A DNA stretch of 64,000 bases from an uncultured Actinomycetes bacterium. Its GTDB lineage: Bacteria; Actinomycetota; Thermoleophilia; Gaiellales; Gaiellaceae. How positions within the stretch are numbered: the stretch's first letter is position 1; each line of letters starts with the position of its first letter. Below are positions 1-10,160 of this stretch, in pieces. The stretch spans positions 882,368 to 946,367 of the forward strand of contig CAWJFT010000001.1 in NCBI GenBank assembly GCA_963842235.1. Reading direction: 5' to 3'. Below the pieces are notes generated by a model. The model was not told the DNA's origin. It saw nothing but the letters and a program-made list of their open reading frames with translations, and did no database searches. Made by a program: the position numbers and the translations under genes.

Positions 1-464
1 TTGTTGTTCCAGTCGTTGAACGGATAGAAGATCCAGTACTGCAGGGCGAGCCGGTCCGGATACGCCGGCTCCGTTGCCACGTGGGCATAGACCGCCGGCT
101 GCTTGCCCTGGGTGATCCGTCGCGCCCACCGTTCGTAGTCGCAACCTGGGTTGAGCGCGTCGCCCGGAAAGTCGAGGTTGTACTCGAAGAGGCCTTTCCC
201 GAGGTCGGCCGCGGTCGGCGCGATCTTGACGAGGTCGTTCTCCGTCCAAGGCCCACGCAAGGAGACGGTGTCCTGGCCGAAGATCGCGTCGATGTCGATC
301 GGCTCGTACGGCTCGCCGGGCCCGCACTCCTCCTTCTGCTCGACCAGGCGAACGACAGGTGCATAGCGCTGGGCGAGCTCCTCCTCGGACTGCGCGTGCA
401 CAACGGCGGGGAGGCTCAACGCGCCGACGGCGACAAGCGCCGCGCTCGCGAGGCCGCGAAGCAT
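1..464 (-). CDS. hypothetical secreted protein, N-terminal part only (gene runs past the window start)
   Basis: Reverse-strand ATG at 464-462 gives MLRGLASAALVAVGALSLPAVVHA (signal-peptide-like) and stays open to position 1. It is absent from the ORF track because it is truncated. Confidence 0.5.
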   Translation of the reverse strand, partial: MLRGLASAALVAVGALSLPAVVHAQSEEELAQRYAPVVRLVEQKEECGPGEPYEPIDIDAIFGQDTVSLRGPWTENDLVKIAPTAADLGKGLFEYNLDFPGDALNPGCDYERWARRITQGKQPAVYAHVATEPAYPDRLALQYWIFYPFNDWNN

Positions 465-495
465 CCCGAGAGACTAAGCCTAGAATCGAAGCGAT

Positions 496-3013
496 ATGCG
501 CGCCACCGCCGAGCTTCGCGAAGGCTTCCTCCAGTTCTTCGAGTCGAAGGGCCATACCCGGCTGCCCTCGGCACCGCTGATTCCGCCGCCCGAGGACACT
601 TCGACGCTGCTGATCAGCGCGGGCATGCAGCCGCTGAAGCCCTATTTCCTCGGCCAGAAGGAGCCGCCCGCGACGCTCCTCACCACCCACCAGAAGTGCT
701 TCCGCACGACCGACATCGACGAGGTCGGCCTCGACGGCTACCACCTCTCCTTCTTCGAGATGATGGGCAACTTCTCGATCGGCGAGTACTTCAAGGACGG
801 CGCGGTCGAGCTCGCCTGGGAGTTCATGTTCGAGCACCTGAAGATCGATCGCGACCGCCTCTGGGTGAGCGTCTTCGCCGGGGATCCCGAGCTCGGCCTC
901 GGGAGAGGACGAGGTCGCGATTGCCGCCTGGGAGAAGGTCGGCCTCGAACGCGAGCGGATCGTCGGCCTGCCGCGGACGGAGAACTTCTGGCAGGCGGGG
1001 GAGACAGGGCCGTGCGGGCCGTGCTCGGAGATGTACTTCGACCGCGGCGAGGCGCTGTCGTGCGGCCGGCCGACGTGTGGGCCGGGTTGCCCCTGCGAGC
1101 GCTACCTCGAGTTCTGGAACCTCGTGTTCATGGAGTTCGACCTGGGGGCCGACGGCACCCTCACGCCGCTCCCGAAGCCGGTCATCGACACCGGGCTGGG
1201 GCTCGAACGTACTGCGGCGATCCAGCAGGACGTGATCTCCGTCTACGAGACCGACGGCTACCAGGCGATCATGGACTGGATCGAGGCCGAGAGCGGTGTC
1301 GGCTGGCAGAGCTCCGAGAAGGCGACGAAGGCGCACCGGATCATCGCCGACCACGGCCGGGGGATGACCTTCCTCGTCGCCGACGGCGTCCTGCCGTCGA
1401 ACGAGGGACGCGGCTACGTCCTGCGCCGGGTGATCCGGCGAGCCGTCCAGCAGGCACGAGTCATCGGGCTCGCCGACCTGTGGCGGAGCTCCGACGTCGT
1501 CGCCGACCAGATGTCCCGGTGGTACCCGGAGCTCGACGAGAACCGTGAACGGGTTCGGGAGACGCTGAAAGAGGAGGAGGAGCGGTTCTCCGAGACGCTC
1601 GAGCGGGGAATGCGCCTCTTCGAGGAGATCGCGGCGGGCGACCGCATCTCCGGCGACGACGCGTTCCGTCTCCACGACACCTACGGCTTCCCGCTCGAGC
1701 TGACCCGCGAGCTGGCGGAGGAGCGCAGCCTCGCCGTCGACGAGGAGGAGTTCACGCGCTTGATGGCCGAGCAGCGCGCCCGGTCCCGACGCGGCGTGGC
1801 CGCGGAGACGATTGCGATCCGGGTCGACGAGACGCGGCCCACGGAGTTCGTCGGCTACGAGCAGACGGAGGTCCTGACGGCGATCGTCGCCTACGCGGAG
1901 CTCGGCGACGGCACGTTCCAGGCCAAGCTCGAGCGCTCTCCGTTCTATCCAGAAGGCGGCGGCCAGGTCTCGGACGTCGGGTTCATCGAGCATGAGGAGA
2001 CAGGCGCGCGGGCCGAAGTGCTCCGCGCGATCCGCGTCGGCGACGACCAGGTCCTGCACTTCAACGGCGAGGGGTTCCGCGAGGGCGATCGCGTCCGCGC
2101 CGTCGTTCCGTGGTCCGTGCGTTTCCCGACGATGGCGAACCACACCGCCACGCATCTCCTCCACCAGGCGTTGAGGGACATCCTCGGCGACCACGTCAAG
2201 CAGGCCGGCTCGGCGGTCCGCCCGGACAAGCTGCGCTTCGACTTCACGCATCCGAAGGCGCTGACCGAGGAGGAGCGTGAGCGGGTCGAGCACGCCGTGA
2301 ACGAGAAGGTGTTCCAGAACCACCCGGTGCGGGCCTTCGTCACGCCGATCGAGGAGGCGCGGCGGCTCGGGGCGATGATGCTCTTCGGCGAGAAGTACGG
2401 CGACGAAGTCCGGGTCGTCGAGATCGACGACTACTCGCGCGAGCTCTGCGGGGGCACGCATGTCCGGTGGACGGCGGAGATCGGGCCGTTGGTGATCCTC
2501 TCCGAGAGCTCCGTCGGCTCCGGCGCGCGGCGCATCGAGGCGGTCACCGCCGGCGAGGCCTGGGCATTGCTGCACGCTCGGGCCGAAGAAGCGGAGGAGC
2601 TCCGCGGAGAGGTGTTGGAGCTGCGGCGCGGCGCGGCCAAGCCCACGGCGCGCGCCGCCGAGACCGAGGTCATCTACAGGGACGAGTCCAATGGGATCGT
2701 CGTCGCCGAGGTCACGGCGGTGAAGGGCTCGGCGCTCAAGGACCTGTCCGACCAGATCCGCCAGTCGAAGAAGGCGTCGGTTGTGCTGCTCGGGTCTGTG
2801 GACGACGGTCGTGCGTACCTCGTCGTGAACGTAGACCCAAGCCTCGTCGAGCGCGGCGTCGATGCTGTGTCAGTTGCACGGGAGGCGGCGAAGAAGATTG
2901 CGGGCGGCGGGGGCGGACGCCCGGACCTCGCCGAGGCCGGAGGCAAGAATCCGGAGGGTTTGAGCGAAGCCTTCGAGGTGGCGAAGAGCGAGATCGCATC
3001 GGCTCTGCGGTGA
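496..3013 (+). CDS. alaS: alanine--tRNA ligase, reading frame broken near 901-903
   Basis: FFESKGH, HQKCFRT and FFEMMGNFS lie in the frame of ORF 496..1548. The rest (NFWQAGETGPCGPCSE, WNLVFMEF, HTATHLLH, CGGTHV) lies in the frame of ORF 1031..3013, which is open back to about 902. Confidence 0.9.
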
Positions 3014-3396
3014 AGGTGCTGGCGCTCGACTACGGGGCCGCTCGAACCGGCGTCGCCGTCTCGGACCCGACCGGGACGCTCGCCCGCCCGCTGGGCGTCA
3101 TCGAGCGTGCCGGCAGCGAGGACGGCCTCCGCGAGCTTGCCGAGCTCGTGCGATCGGAGGCTGTCGACCGCGTGGTCGTCGGTTTGCCGCTCACGCTCCG
3201 CGGGGAACGAGGCGAGCAGGCCGAAGAGACGGAGCGGTTCGCCGAGGCGCTCGCGGCGGCACTCGAGGTGCCGGTCGACCGCTTCGACGAACGCTTTACT
3301 ACGACCCTTGCCGGGCCGGGCGCCGGAGAGGATGCCCGGGCGGCGGCACACCTGCTGACGAGCTACCTGGAATGGTCGAAGAGCCGACGACACTGA
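3010..3396 (+). CDS. ruvX: Holliday junction resolvase-like nuclease RuvX/YqgF
   Basis: GTG at 3010 overlaps the alaS stop (GTGA). VKVLALDYGAARTGVAVSD is the YqgF N-terminal motif. Confidence 0.85.
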   Translation: MKVLALDYGAARTGVAVSDPTGTLARPLGVIERAGSEDGLRELAELVRSEAVDRVVVGLPLTLRGERGEQAEETERFAEALAAALEVPVDRFDERFTTTLAGPGAGEDARAAAHLLTSYLEWSKSRRH

Positions 3397-4295
3397 CCCG
3401 GCCCCGGCGCCGATACCGGGCGAAGCCCTCGCGTCGGCGGCTGTTCGTCCGGCGCCTGGTTGCGCTGGGCTTCCTCCTCGCTCTGGTGGGCCTGCTCGCC
3501 GGATCCGCGTGGGCGCTCTGGGGCCGCGGCGAAGAGGCTGCCCCGCAGCCCACTGCGGCGCCTCCACCTCCGAAACCGTTGCGCATCATCTTCCCGGAAG
3601 GCTTTACGCGCACGGACATGGCGAAGAGGATCGGCGAGGTGAACCAGATCGCTCGGGAGAAGCGCAATGTCCGTCCTCGGCTCTCCCCGCAGCGCTACCT
3701 GGCGCTCACGGAGGCCTCCTCGAAGGTGCCGCCCGCCTTCCTGCGGCAGGGGCGACCGACGAACCTCGAGGGGTTCTTGTTTCCCGCGACATACGAGTTC
3801 ACGAAGCGCACGACGACGCGGCAGCTCGTCAATGACCAGCTGGCGGCGTTCAAGAAGAACTGGGCGCGCGTGAACATGCGCTACGCCCGAAGCAAGAACC
3901 TGACGCCGTACGACGTGCTGACCATCGCGTCGTTGATCGAGAAGGAGGTGGCGGTGGCCCGGGAGCGGCCGCTCGTCGCCGGGGTCATCTACAACCGGCT
4001 GAAGGCGGGCATGACGCTTGGGATCGACGCGACGATCCGGTACGGGCTCGGCGTCCCGGCGACGGAGTCGCTGCGCGAGTCGCAGCTCAATGACCCGACG
4101 CCGTACAACACTCGGATCCATGCGGGGCTGCCGCCGACGCCGATCGCCAACCCTGGCCTGGCGTCGATCCAGGCCGCTGCGCATCCGGCCAAGGTCGACT
4201 ACCTCTTCTTCGTCCGCAAGCCGGACAAGAAGCACCACTTCTTTACGGCGTCCCAGCGCGAGTTCGACAACTACAAGAACGCCCACGGGTACTGA
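3372..4295 (+). CDS. mltG: endolytic murein transglycosylase MltG (YceG family)
   Basis: N-terminal TM segment, then LEGFLFPATYEF, LIEKE, IYNRL, IDATIRYG, YNTR..GLPPTPIANPG. Confidence 0.9.
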   Translation: MVEEPTTLTRPRRRYRAKPSRRRLFVRRLVALGFLLALVGLLAGSAWALWGRGEEAAPQPTAAPPPPKPLRIIFPEGFTRTDMAKRIGEVNQIAREKRNVRPRLSPQRYLALTEASSKVPPAFLRQGRPTNLEGFLFPATYEFTKRTTTRQLVNDQLAAFKKNWARVNMRYARSKNLTPYDVLTIASLIEKEVAVARERPLVAGVIYNRLKAGMTLGIDATIRYGLGVPATESLRESQLNDPTPYNTRIHAGLPPTPIANPGLASIQAAAHPAKVDYLFFVRKPDKKHHFFTASQREFDNYKNAHGY

Positions 4296-4951
4296 TGCCG
4301 CGAGTCGTGCTGATCGGCTCGCCGGTCGCTCACTCGCTCTCGCCGCAGATGCAGAACGCGGCATTCGCGGCGCGCGGGCTGGACTGGACCTACGAGGCGC
4401 TCGATGTGGCGCCGGAGGACCTTGAAGGCGTCGTTCGCGGGCTCGAGACGGGCGCGAATATCACGGCGCCCTACAAGCTCGAGGTCGCCCGGTTGCTCGG
4501 CTCGGAGCATCCGTCGGTGAACACGCTCGTCGTGCGCCACGGCGAGGTCGAGGCCTACTCCACCGATGCGGCGATCGTGGAAGGGCTCGAGCTCGAGCGG
4601 CCCGCGATCATCGGCGACGGTGGGGCAGCGGCCGCCTTCAGGCAGGCGCTCCCCGGCGCGCGCGTCTTCTCGCGGCGGGGTGAGTGGCCTCCCGACGTGG
4701 CGGAATGTGACCTCGTGATCAACGCAACGCCGGTGCGGGACCAGGTGCTCGTCGAGCTTGGTGCAGGCCAGACGCTCGTCGACCTGCCCTATCCGGGCTC
4801 GGCCACGGCGGACGCCGCGCGGGCGGGCGGCGCGCGTGTCCTCGACGGGCTCGAGGTGCTCGTTGCCCAGGGTGCTGCCTCGTTCGAGCTCTGGACCGGC
4901 GTGCCCGCTCCGGTCGAGGTCATGCGGCGCGCCGTAGGCTTGCCCGCGTGA
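4295..4951 (+). CDS. aroE: shikimate dehydrogenase (compact form)
   Basis: GSPVAHSLSPQMQNAAF, NITAPYK and NTL..STD motifs. ATGA overlap with mltG. Confidence 0.8.
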   Translation: MPRVVLIGSPVAHSLSPQMQNAAFAARGLDWTYEALDVAPEDLEGVVRGLETGANITAPYKLEVARLLGSEHPSVNTLVVRHGEVEAYSTDAAIVEGLELERPAIIGDGGAAAAFRQALPGARVFSRRGEWPPDVAECDLVINATPVRDQVLVELGAGQTLVDLPYPGSATADAARAGGARVLDGLEVLVAQGAASFELWTGVPAPVEVMRRAVGLPA

Positions 4952-6003
4952 AGCTGACGACCGCAGGCGAATCTCACGGCCCGGCGCTCGTGGGGATCCT
5001 GACGGGGCTGCCCGCCGGCCTTGTCCTCGATCGCGACGCGATCGACGCCGACCTCGCTCGCCGTCAGCAGGGCTATGGGCGCAGCCCTCGCCAGCAGATC
5101 GAGCAGGACCGGGTGGACGTCCTGGCCGGGCTCCGGCATGGACGCACGCTCGGCACGCCGCTTGCCTTCGTTGTCCAGAACCGGGATCACAAGAACTGGA
5201 CGTGGGGGATGGACCCGTGGCCGCCCGAGGGCGAGCCCGAAGGCAAGGGCACGAAGCCGGTCACACTGCCGCGGCCGGGCCATGCCGACCTCGCCGGCAC
5301 GCTGAAGTACGGCCACGCCGATGTCAGGGACACGCTGGAACGGGCAAGCGCCCGCCAGACGGCCATCACGGTTGCGGCCGGCGCCGTCGCCAAGGCGCTC
5401 CTGGCCGAGATCGGCGTCGAAGTGGCGGGATCCGTCGTCGAGATGGGCGACGTCGACGAGGCCCGCGCCGAGCGGGACACCGTGGGCGGCGTCGTCGAGG
5501 TGCGGACACGTGGAGTCCCGCCCGGGCTCGGTTCGTATGCGACGAAGGAGCAGCGGCTCGACGCTCGGCTCGCTGCGGCGCTGATGGGGATCCAGGCCGT
5601 CAAGGGGGTTGAGATCGGCGAGGGCTTCTCGCTCGCGAACCTTCGCGGCTCGCAGGCGCACGACGAGATCCTTCCGGGGCTCCGACGCGAGACGAACCGT
5701 GCCGGCGGGATCGAGGGCGGCGTCTCGAACGGGGAGGAGATCGTCGCCCGCGCGGCGATGAAGCCCCTTCCGACGCTCATGCGGCCCCTTCGCTCGGTCG
5801 ACATCGAGAGCGGCGAGCCCGGGGAGGCGCTGGTCGAGCGCAGCGACACCGCCGCGGTCGAGGCGCTTTCCGTCGTCGCCGAGGCGTCAGTTGCCTTCGA
5901 GCTTGCCCGCGCCGCCCGGGAGAAGTTCGGCGGCGATTCCGTCGACGATTTCGTCGCCGCCCACCGCGCCTATCTCGAGCGCATCCCGTGGCAACCGCGG
6001 TAG
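4948..6003 (+). CDS. aroC: chorismate synthase
   Basis: TAGESHGPALVGIL, RPGHADL..KYG, ERASARQTA and GGISNG-like motifs. GTGA overlap with aroE. Confidence 0.92.
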   Translation: MKLTTAGESHGPALVGILTGLPAGLVLDRDAIDADLARRQQGYGRSPRQQIEQDRVDVLAGLRHGRTLGTPLAFVVQNRDHKNWTWGMDPWPPEGEPEGKGTKPVTLPRPGHADLAGTLKYGHADVRDTLERASARQTAITVAAGAVAKALLAEIGVEVAGSVVEMGDVDEARAERDTVGGVVEVRTRGVPPGLGSYATKEQRLDARLAAALMGIQAVKGVEIGEGFSLANLRGSQAHDEILPGLRRETNRAGGIEGGVSNGEEIVARAAMKPLPTLMRPLRSVDIESGEPGEALVERSDTAAVEALSVVAEASVAFELARAAREKFGGDSVDDFVAAHRAYLERIPWQPR

Positions 6004-7307
6004 ACCGTCACATCGCGCTCATCGGGTTCATGGGCGCGGGGAAGTCGACCGTCGGGAAGCAGGTCGCCGTGCTCACCGGCCGGCCGTTCATCGACCTCGA
6101 CGCGGAGATCGAGCGCCGCCACGGGCCGATCCCGAAGCTGTTCGAGCGGGGCGAGGAGGAGTTCCGGCGGCTGGAGACGGTCGTCGCCGCCGAGATGCTT
6201 GCTCGCTCGCCGTCGGTGATCGCGCTCGGCGGCGGAGCGTTCGAGGCGGCGCGATCCGATCGCGCGCTGACCGTCCTGCTCGACGTCGACGTCGAGACGG
6301 CGTGGGAGCGAAGCCGGGAGAGCGACCGACCGCTGGCCCAGGACGAACCGAGCTTCCGCGCGCTCTATGCCCAGCGCGACTATCGAGCCGTTGCGGATGC
6401 GGTCGCCGAGGATGCGGAGGGCGTCTTGCTCGCCGCGCTCGGGATCGAGTTCGCCGGGCGCCCTGAAGCCGATGCGCTAATCGCCGATCCCCGGGCACTG
6501 GAGCTCCATCCCATCCAGCTCGGCGACACCTACACCGCCGAGGGGAAGACCCTCGCGGAGGCCGCGCGGCTCTGGCGGGAGCTCAGGGTCGGCCGCGACG
6601 CGACGATCGCCGCCTACGGCGGTGGGACGACCACCGACGTCGTCGGCTTCGTGGCTGCGACCTACATGCGCGGCGTCCGTTGGATCGCGCTGCCGACGAC
6701 CCTCGTCGGCCAGGTCGACGCCGCGATCGGGGGCAAGACGGCGGTCGACCTGCCGGAGGGCAAGAACCTCGTCGGTGCGTTCCACTATCCGGATCGGGTG
6801 CTGATCGACCCGTCGCTGCTCGTGACGCTTCCCGAGGCCGAGCGCCGAAACGGGATGGCCGAGGTGATCAAGACCGGCCTGCTCGTCGGCCGACCGCTCT
6901 GGGAGCTGCCCGACGAGGAGATGATCCGGGCGTGCGCCGCCTTCAAGGCGGGCGTCTGCCTGATGGATCCCTTCGAGCAGAAGGGCCGTCGCGAGATCCT
7001 CAACCTCGGCCACACCTTCGGGCACGCGCTCGAGGCCGCCTCGGACTACCGCCTCGCGCACGGCGAGGCGGTCGCGTTGGGCTTGACCGCTGCTCTGCGG
7101 CTCTCGGGCCTGGAGATCCCCGAGGTCCTCGAAGTGCAGCCGGTCCGCGTCGACCGCGAGCGCGCGTGGGCCGCGCTCCAGCGCGACAAGAAGGCGCGCG
7201 AGGGCAGAATCCGGCTCGTGCTGCTCGAGGGGCTCGGCAAGCCGGTTGTTCGCGAGGCCGAGCCCGGCGAGGTTCGCGCCGCCCTCGACGAGCTGATCGT
7301 GGCCTGA
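5988..7307 (+). CDS. aroKB: bifunctional shikimate kinase / 3-dehydroquinate synthase
   Basis: N-terminal LIGFMGAGKSTVG P-loop (AroK). C-terminal GGGTTTDVVGF, AAIGGKTAVD, NLGHTFGHALE, HGEAVALG (AroB). Confidence 0.85.
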   Translation: MATAVDRHIALIGFMGAGKSTVGKQVAVLTGRPFIDLDAEIERRHGPIPKLFERGEEEFRRLETVVAAEMLARSPSVIALGGGAFEAARSDRALTVLLDVDVETAWERSRESDRPLAQDEPSFRALYAQRDYRAVADAVAEDAEGVLLAALGIEFAGRPEADALIADPRALELHPIQLGDTYTAEGKTLAEAARLWRELRVGRDATIAAYGGGTTTDVVGFVAATYMRGVRWIALPTTLVGQVDAAIGGKTAVDLPEGKNLVGAFHYPDRVLIDPSLLVTLPEAERRNGMAEVIKTGLLVGRPLWELPDEEMIRACAAFKAGVCLMDPFEQKGRREILNLGHTFGHALEAASDYRLAHGEAVALGLTAALRLSGLEIPEVLEVQPVRVDRERAWAALQRDKKAREGRIRLVLLEGLGKPVVREAEPGEVRAALDELIVA

Positions 7308-7732
7308 TGCTCGTCGGCGTGCTCAACGGCGTGAACCTCAACCTGCTGGAGCAGCGCGATCCGGCCCTGTACGGCGGTCTTTCGCTTCCGCAGCTCGAGG
7401 AGCAGATCCGCGCCTGGGGCCAGGAGCTGGGCTGCGACGTCGTGTGCCGGCAGACGAACAGCGAGGGAGAGTACGTGGACTGGTGCCAGGAGCTCGGCCA
7501 GTCGTCGGACGGGCTCGTGGTGAACCCGGGCGCCTGGACGCACTACAGCTATGCGATCCACGACGCTCTGGAGGTCGCGCGCGGGCCGATCGTCGAGGTG
7601 CATCTCTCCGACATCGAGTCGCGGGAGCAGTGGCGGCGGAACTCGGTGATCGCCGACCTCGCCGCGCACCGCGTGATCGGCAAGGGGCCGGAGGGTTACA
7701 AGGAGGCACTGGAATTCCTGGCTCGCGGATAG
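7307..7732 (+). CDS. aroQ: type II 3-dehydroquinate dehydratase
   Basis: ATG at 7307 overlaps the aroKB stop. VLNGVNLNLLEQRDPALYG, NSEGE, NPGAWTHYS and EVHLSDI motifs. Confidence 0.9.
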   Translation: MLVGVLNGVNLNLLEQRDPALYGGLSLPQLEEQIRAWGQELGCDVVCRQTNSEGEYVDWCQELGQSSDGLVVNPGAWTHYSYAIHDALEVARGPIVEVHLSDIESREQWRRNSVIADLAAHRVIGKGPEGYKEALEFLARG

Positions 7733-8754
7733 AACGGCTTCGTGAGCTCCTCGAGGAGCCGCTGCTCGTCAGCGCTCCGGTGAACGTCCGGTACCTGACC
7801 GGGTTCGAGAGCACAAATGCCGTCGTTCTGGTCGAGCCCGGGCGCGTGCGGGTCTTCACCGACTTCCGCTATGCGGAGCGGGCCCGGGAGCTCGAGGGTG
7901 TCGAGTTCGAGGAGACGAAGCGCTACATCTACTCGGATCTGGCCGAGCGACTCCCGGAGCCGATCGCGTTCGAAGCCGATGCGCTCACCTACGCGAACTG
8001 GGAGCTCCTTCGCGCTGGCGGCGTCGATCTCGTGCCGCGGCGGGGTCTCATCGAGTCCCTTCGAGCGGTCAAGGATGGGGAGGAGCTGGACTCGATCCGG
8101 CGCGCGACTGAGGTCACGAATCGGACGTACGAGCGGCTGGCCGAAGAGCCGTTCGCCGGGCGGACGGAGAAGGACCTCGCCTGGCGGATGGAGCAGCTCT
8201 TCCACGAGGAGGGAGCCGACGGGCTTGCGTTTCCGATCGACATCGCGTCGGGGCCGAACGCGGCGAGTCCGCATGCGGTGTCAGGCGATCGCGTGGTGCA
8301 AGAGGGCGATCTGGTGATCGTGGACGCGGGCGCCGTGGTCGACGGCTACTGCTCGGACTGCACGCGCACGTTTGCCGTCGGCGAGGTCTCGGACTCACTT
8401 CGGGAGACGTACGAGGTCGTCCTGCTGGGCCAGCAGGCGGGGCTCGACGCTGTCCGCGCCGGAGTGTCCGGCCGGGACGCCGACACTGAGGCGCGCGCCG
8501 TGATCGCGGACGCCGGCTACGGAGAGAACTTCGGGCACGGCCTGGGGCATGGGGTCGGCCTGCTCGTCCACGAAGCGCCGGTGCTGCGGCCGGAGTCCGA
8601 GGACGTCTTGGCCGCGGGCAACGTCGTCACGGTCGAGCCGGGGATCTACCTGAGCGGCGTCGCGGGGGTCCGGATCGAGGACCTCGTGGTGGTCACGGAC
8701 GACGGTTGCGACGTACTGACATCGTTTCCGAAAGACCTGATCTCCGTTCGCTAG
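7714..8754 (+). CDS. Xaa-Pro aminopeptidase (M24B family)
   Basis: NVRYLTGF N-domain, then VDAG..DGYCSDCTRT, GHGLGHGVG, EPGIY, VRIED. The start is uncertain: AGGAGG 7701-7706 precedes ATT 7714, and the nearest in-frame canonical start is GTG 7630, deep inside aroQ. Confidence 0.85.
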   Translation: MPGSRIERLRELLEEPLLVSAPVNVRYLTGFESTNAVVLVEPGRVRVFTDFRYAERARELEGVEFEETKRYIYSDLAERLPEPIAFEADALTYANWELLRAGGVDLVPRRGLIESLRAVKDGEELDSIRRATEVTNRTYERLAEEPFAGRTEKDLAWRMEQLFHEEGADGLAFPIDIASGPNAASPHAVSGDRVVQEGDLVIVDAGAVVDGYCSDCTRTFAVGEVSDSLRETYEVVLLGQQAGLDAVRAGVSGRDADTEARAVIADAGYGENFGHGLGHGVGLLVHEAPVLRPESEDVLAAGNVVTVEPGIYLSGVAGVRIEDLVVVTDDGCDVLTSFPKDLISVR

Positions 8755-8766
8755 ATTGGCGCCGCC

Positions 8767-9333
8767 GTGGCCGAGACCGTCAGTACCAACCAGTTCAAGA
8801 ACGGGATGCACATCGAGCTCGATAGCTCGGTCTGGCGCATCGTGGAGTTCCAGCACGTCAAGCCCGGAAAGGGCGGCGCCTTCGTCCGGACGAAGCTCAA
8901 GAACCTCGACTCTGGCGCCGTGGTCGACAAGACGTTCCGGGCCGGGGAGAAGTTCCCCCGCGTGCACACGGAGACGAAGAACGCTCAGTACCTCTACGAC
9001 TCGGGCGACGAGGTCGTCTTCATGGACGAGCAGAGCTACGAGCAGTTCAGCCTGTCCCGTGACTCCGTTTCCGACGCGCTCGACTATCTGGAGCCGTCGA
9101 GCACCGTGCAGATGCTGAACGTCGACGGCCGGCCGGCCGGAGTCCAGATGCCGGCGTCGGTCGAGCTGACGGTGGCCGAGACGGAGCCCGGCGTCCGAGG
9201 TGACACGGTCTCGAACGTGACGAAGCCGGCGAAGCTCGCGACGGGAGCCGTCGTCCAGGTGCCGCTCTTCGTCAACCAGGGCGACCGGATCAAGGTCGAT
9301 CCCCGCGAAGGCCGCTACATCTCTCGGGCCTGA
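8767..9333 (+). CDS. efp: elongation factor P
   Basis: Full-length EF-P: FKNGMHIELD, VKPGKGGAFVRTKLKNL, VETEPGVRGDT, KPAKLATGAVVQVPLF. Confidence 0.95.
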   Translation: MAETVSTNQFKNGMHIELDSSVWRIVEFQHVKPGKGGAFVRTKLKNLDSGAVVDKTFRAGEKFPRVHTETKNAQYLYDSGDEVVFMDEQSYEQFSLSRDSVSDALDYLEPSSTVQMLNVDGRPAGVQMPASVELTVAETEPGVRGDTVSNVTKPAKLATGAVVQVPLFVNQGDRIKVDPREGRYISRA

Positions 9334-9473
9334 CCCTTCCACCCGTTGTCCTTGTGCCTGGCACCGGGACCCGGCCCGAGCGGACGGTCTCGGGGTTCAG
9401 CGGCCCGGCTCGAGCGGACTTGCCCTCCGGAGCGGACGCGCCGTTGAGAGCTGACCGGGCTACGCTTTTTCCG

Positions 9474-10151
9474 ATGAGCGACCGCCGCGCATTTGCGCTC
9501 TTTTCGCTCGCTCTGGCGTCCGCGCTCTGCCTCGGAGCGCTGGTCGCGCGCTGGCTGTACACCGACTCGGCCGCCTACGGCTTCATGTCGTGGAACCTCT
9601 TTCTCGCCTGGATTCCGCTCATCGCCGCCGTGGCCGTCTATGACGCCCAGCGGCGCCGTGCCGGTCCCTGGACACTCCTGCCGCTCGCCGCGGTTTGGCT
9701 CGTCTTCCTGCCAAACGCGCCGTACCTGCTGACCGACTTCGTCCACCTGGGATCCCGCGACGACGCGCCCCTCTGGTTCGACATCGTCCTCTTCGGCTCG
9801 TTCGCCTGGACGGGGACGCTCCTCGGCTTCCTCTCGATCTTCGTCATGCAGGGAGTCGTGCGCCGCGCGGCCGGGTCGCTCTGGAGCTGGCTGCTCGTCG
9901 TGACGAGCCTCGCGGCGAGCTCCTTCGGGATCTACCTCGGACGCTCACTGGGCTGGAACAGCTGGGACGTCGTCGTCCAGCCGGGCGCGCTGCTCGAGGA
10001 CATCTGGGCGAGGTTGGCCGACCCGCTCGCGTACCCCCGCGGCGTGGGAATGACCCTCGCACTCACGGCCGTCCTTTCGACCGGATACCTGACGCTTTAC
10101 GCCTTCGCCCAGCTCGGCGCCGCCGAGCGGTTCGACACCTCGCGCCGTTAG
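9474..10151 (+). CDS. DUF1361-like integral membrane protein
   Basis: ATG at 9474. Multiple TM segments and WNLFLAWIPL..NAPYLLTDFVHL; the family name is recalled from memory. Confidence 0.6.
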   Translation: MSDRRAFALFSLALASALCLGALVARWLYTDSAAYGFMSWNLFLAWIPLIAAVAVYDAQRRRAGPWTLLPLAAVWLVFLPNAPYLLTDFVHLGSRDDAPLWFDIVLFGSFAWTGTLLGFLSIFVMQGVVRRAAGSLWSWLLVVTSLAASSFGIYLGRSLGWNSWDVVVQPGALLEDIWARLADPLAYPRGVGMTLALTAVLSTGYLTLYAFAQLGAAERFDTSRR

Positions 10152-10160
10152 GCTCGCTTC

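Noticed and set aside
824-2575. 583-aa reverse-strand ORF across alaS
   Set aside because: It is antisense to alaS and has no motifs, so I treat it as a GC artefact. The same reasoning applies to 16126..17703(-), 31775..32737(-), 32742..34604(-), 46251..48059(-), 19040..20488(-) and similar entries.
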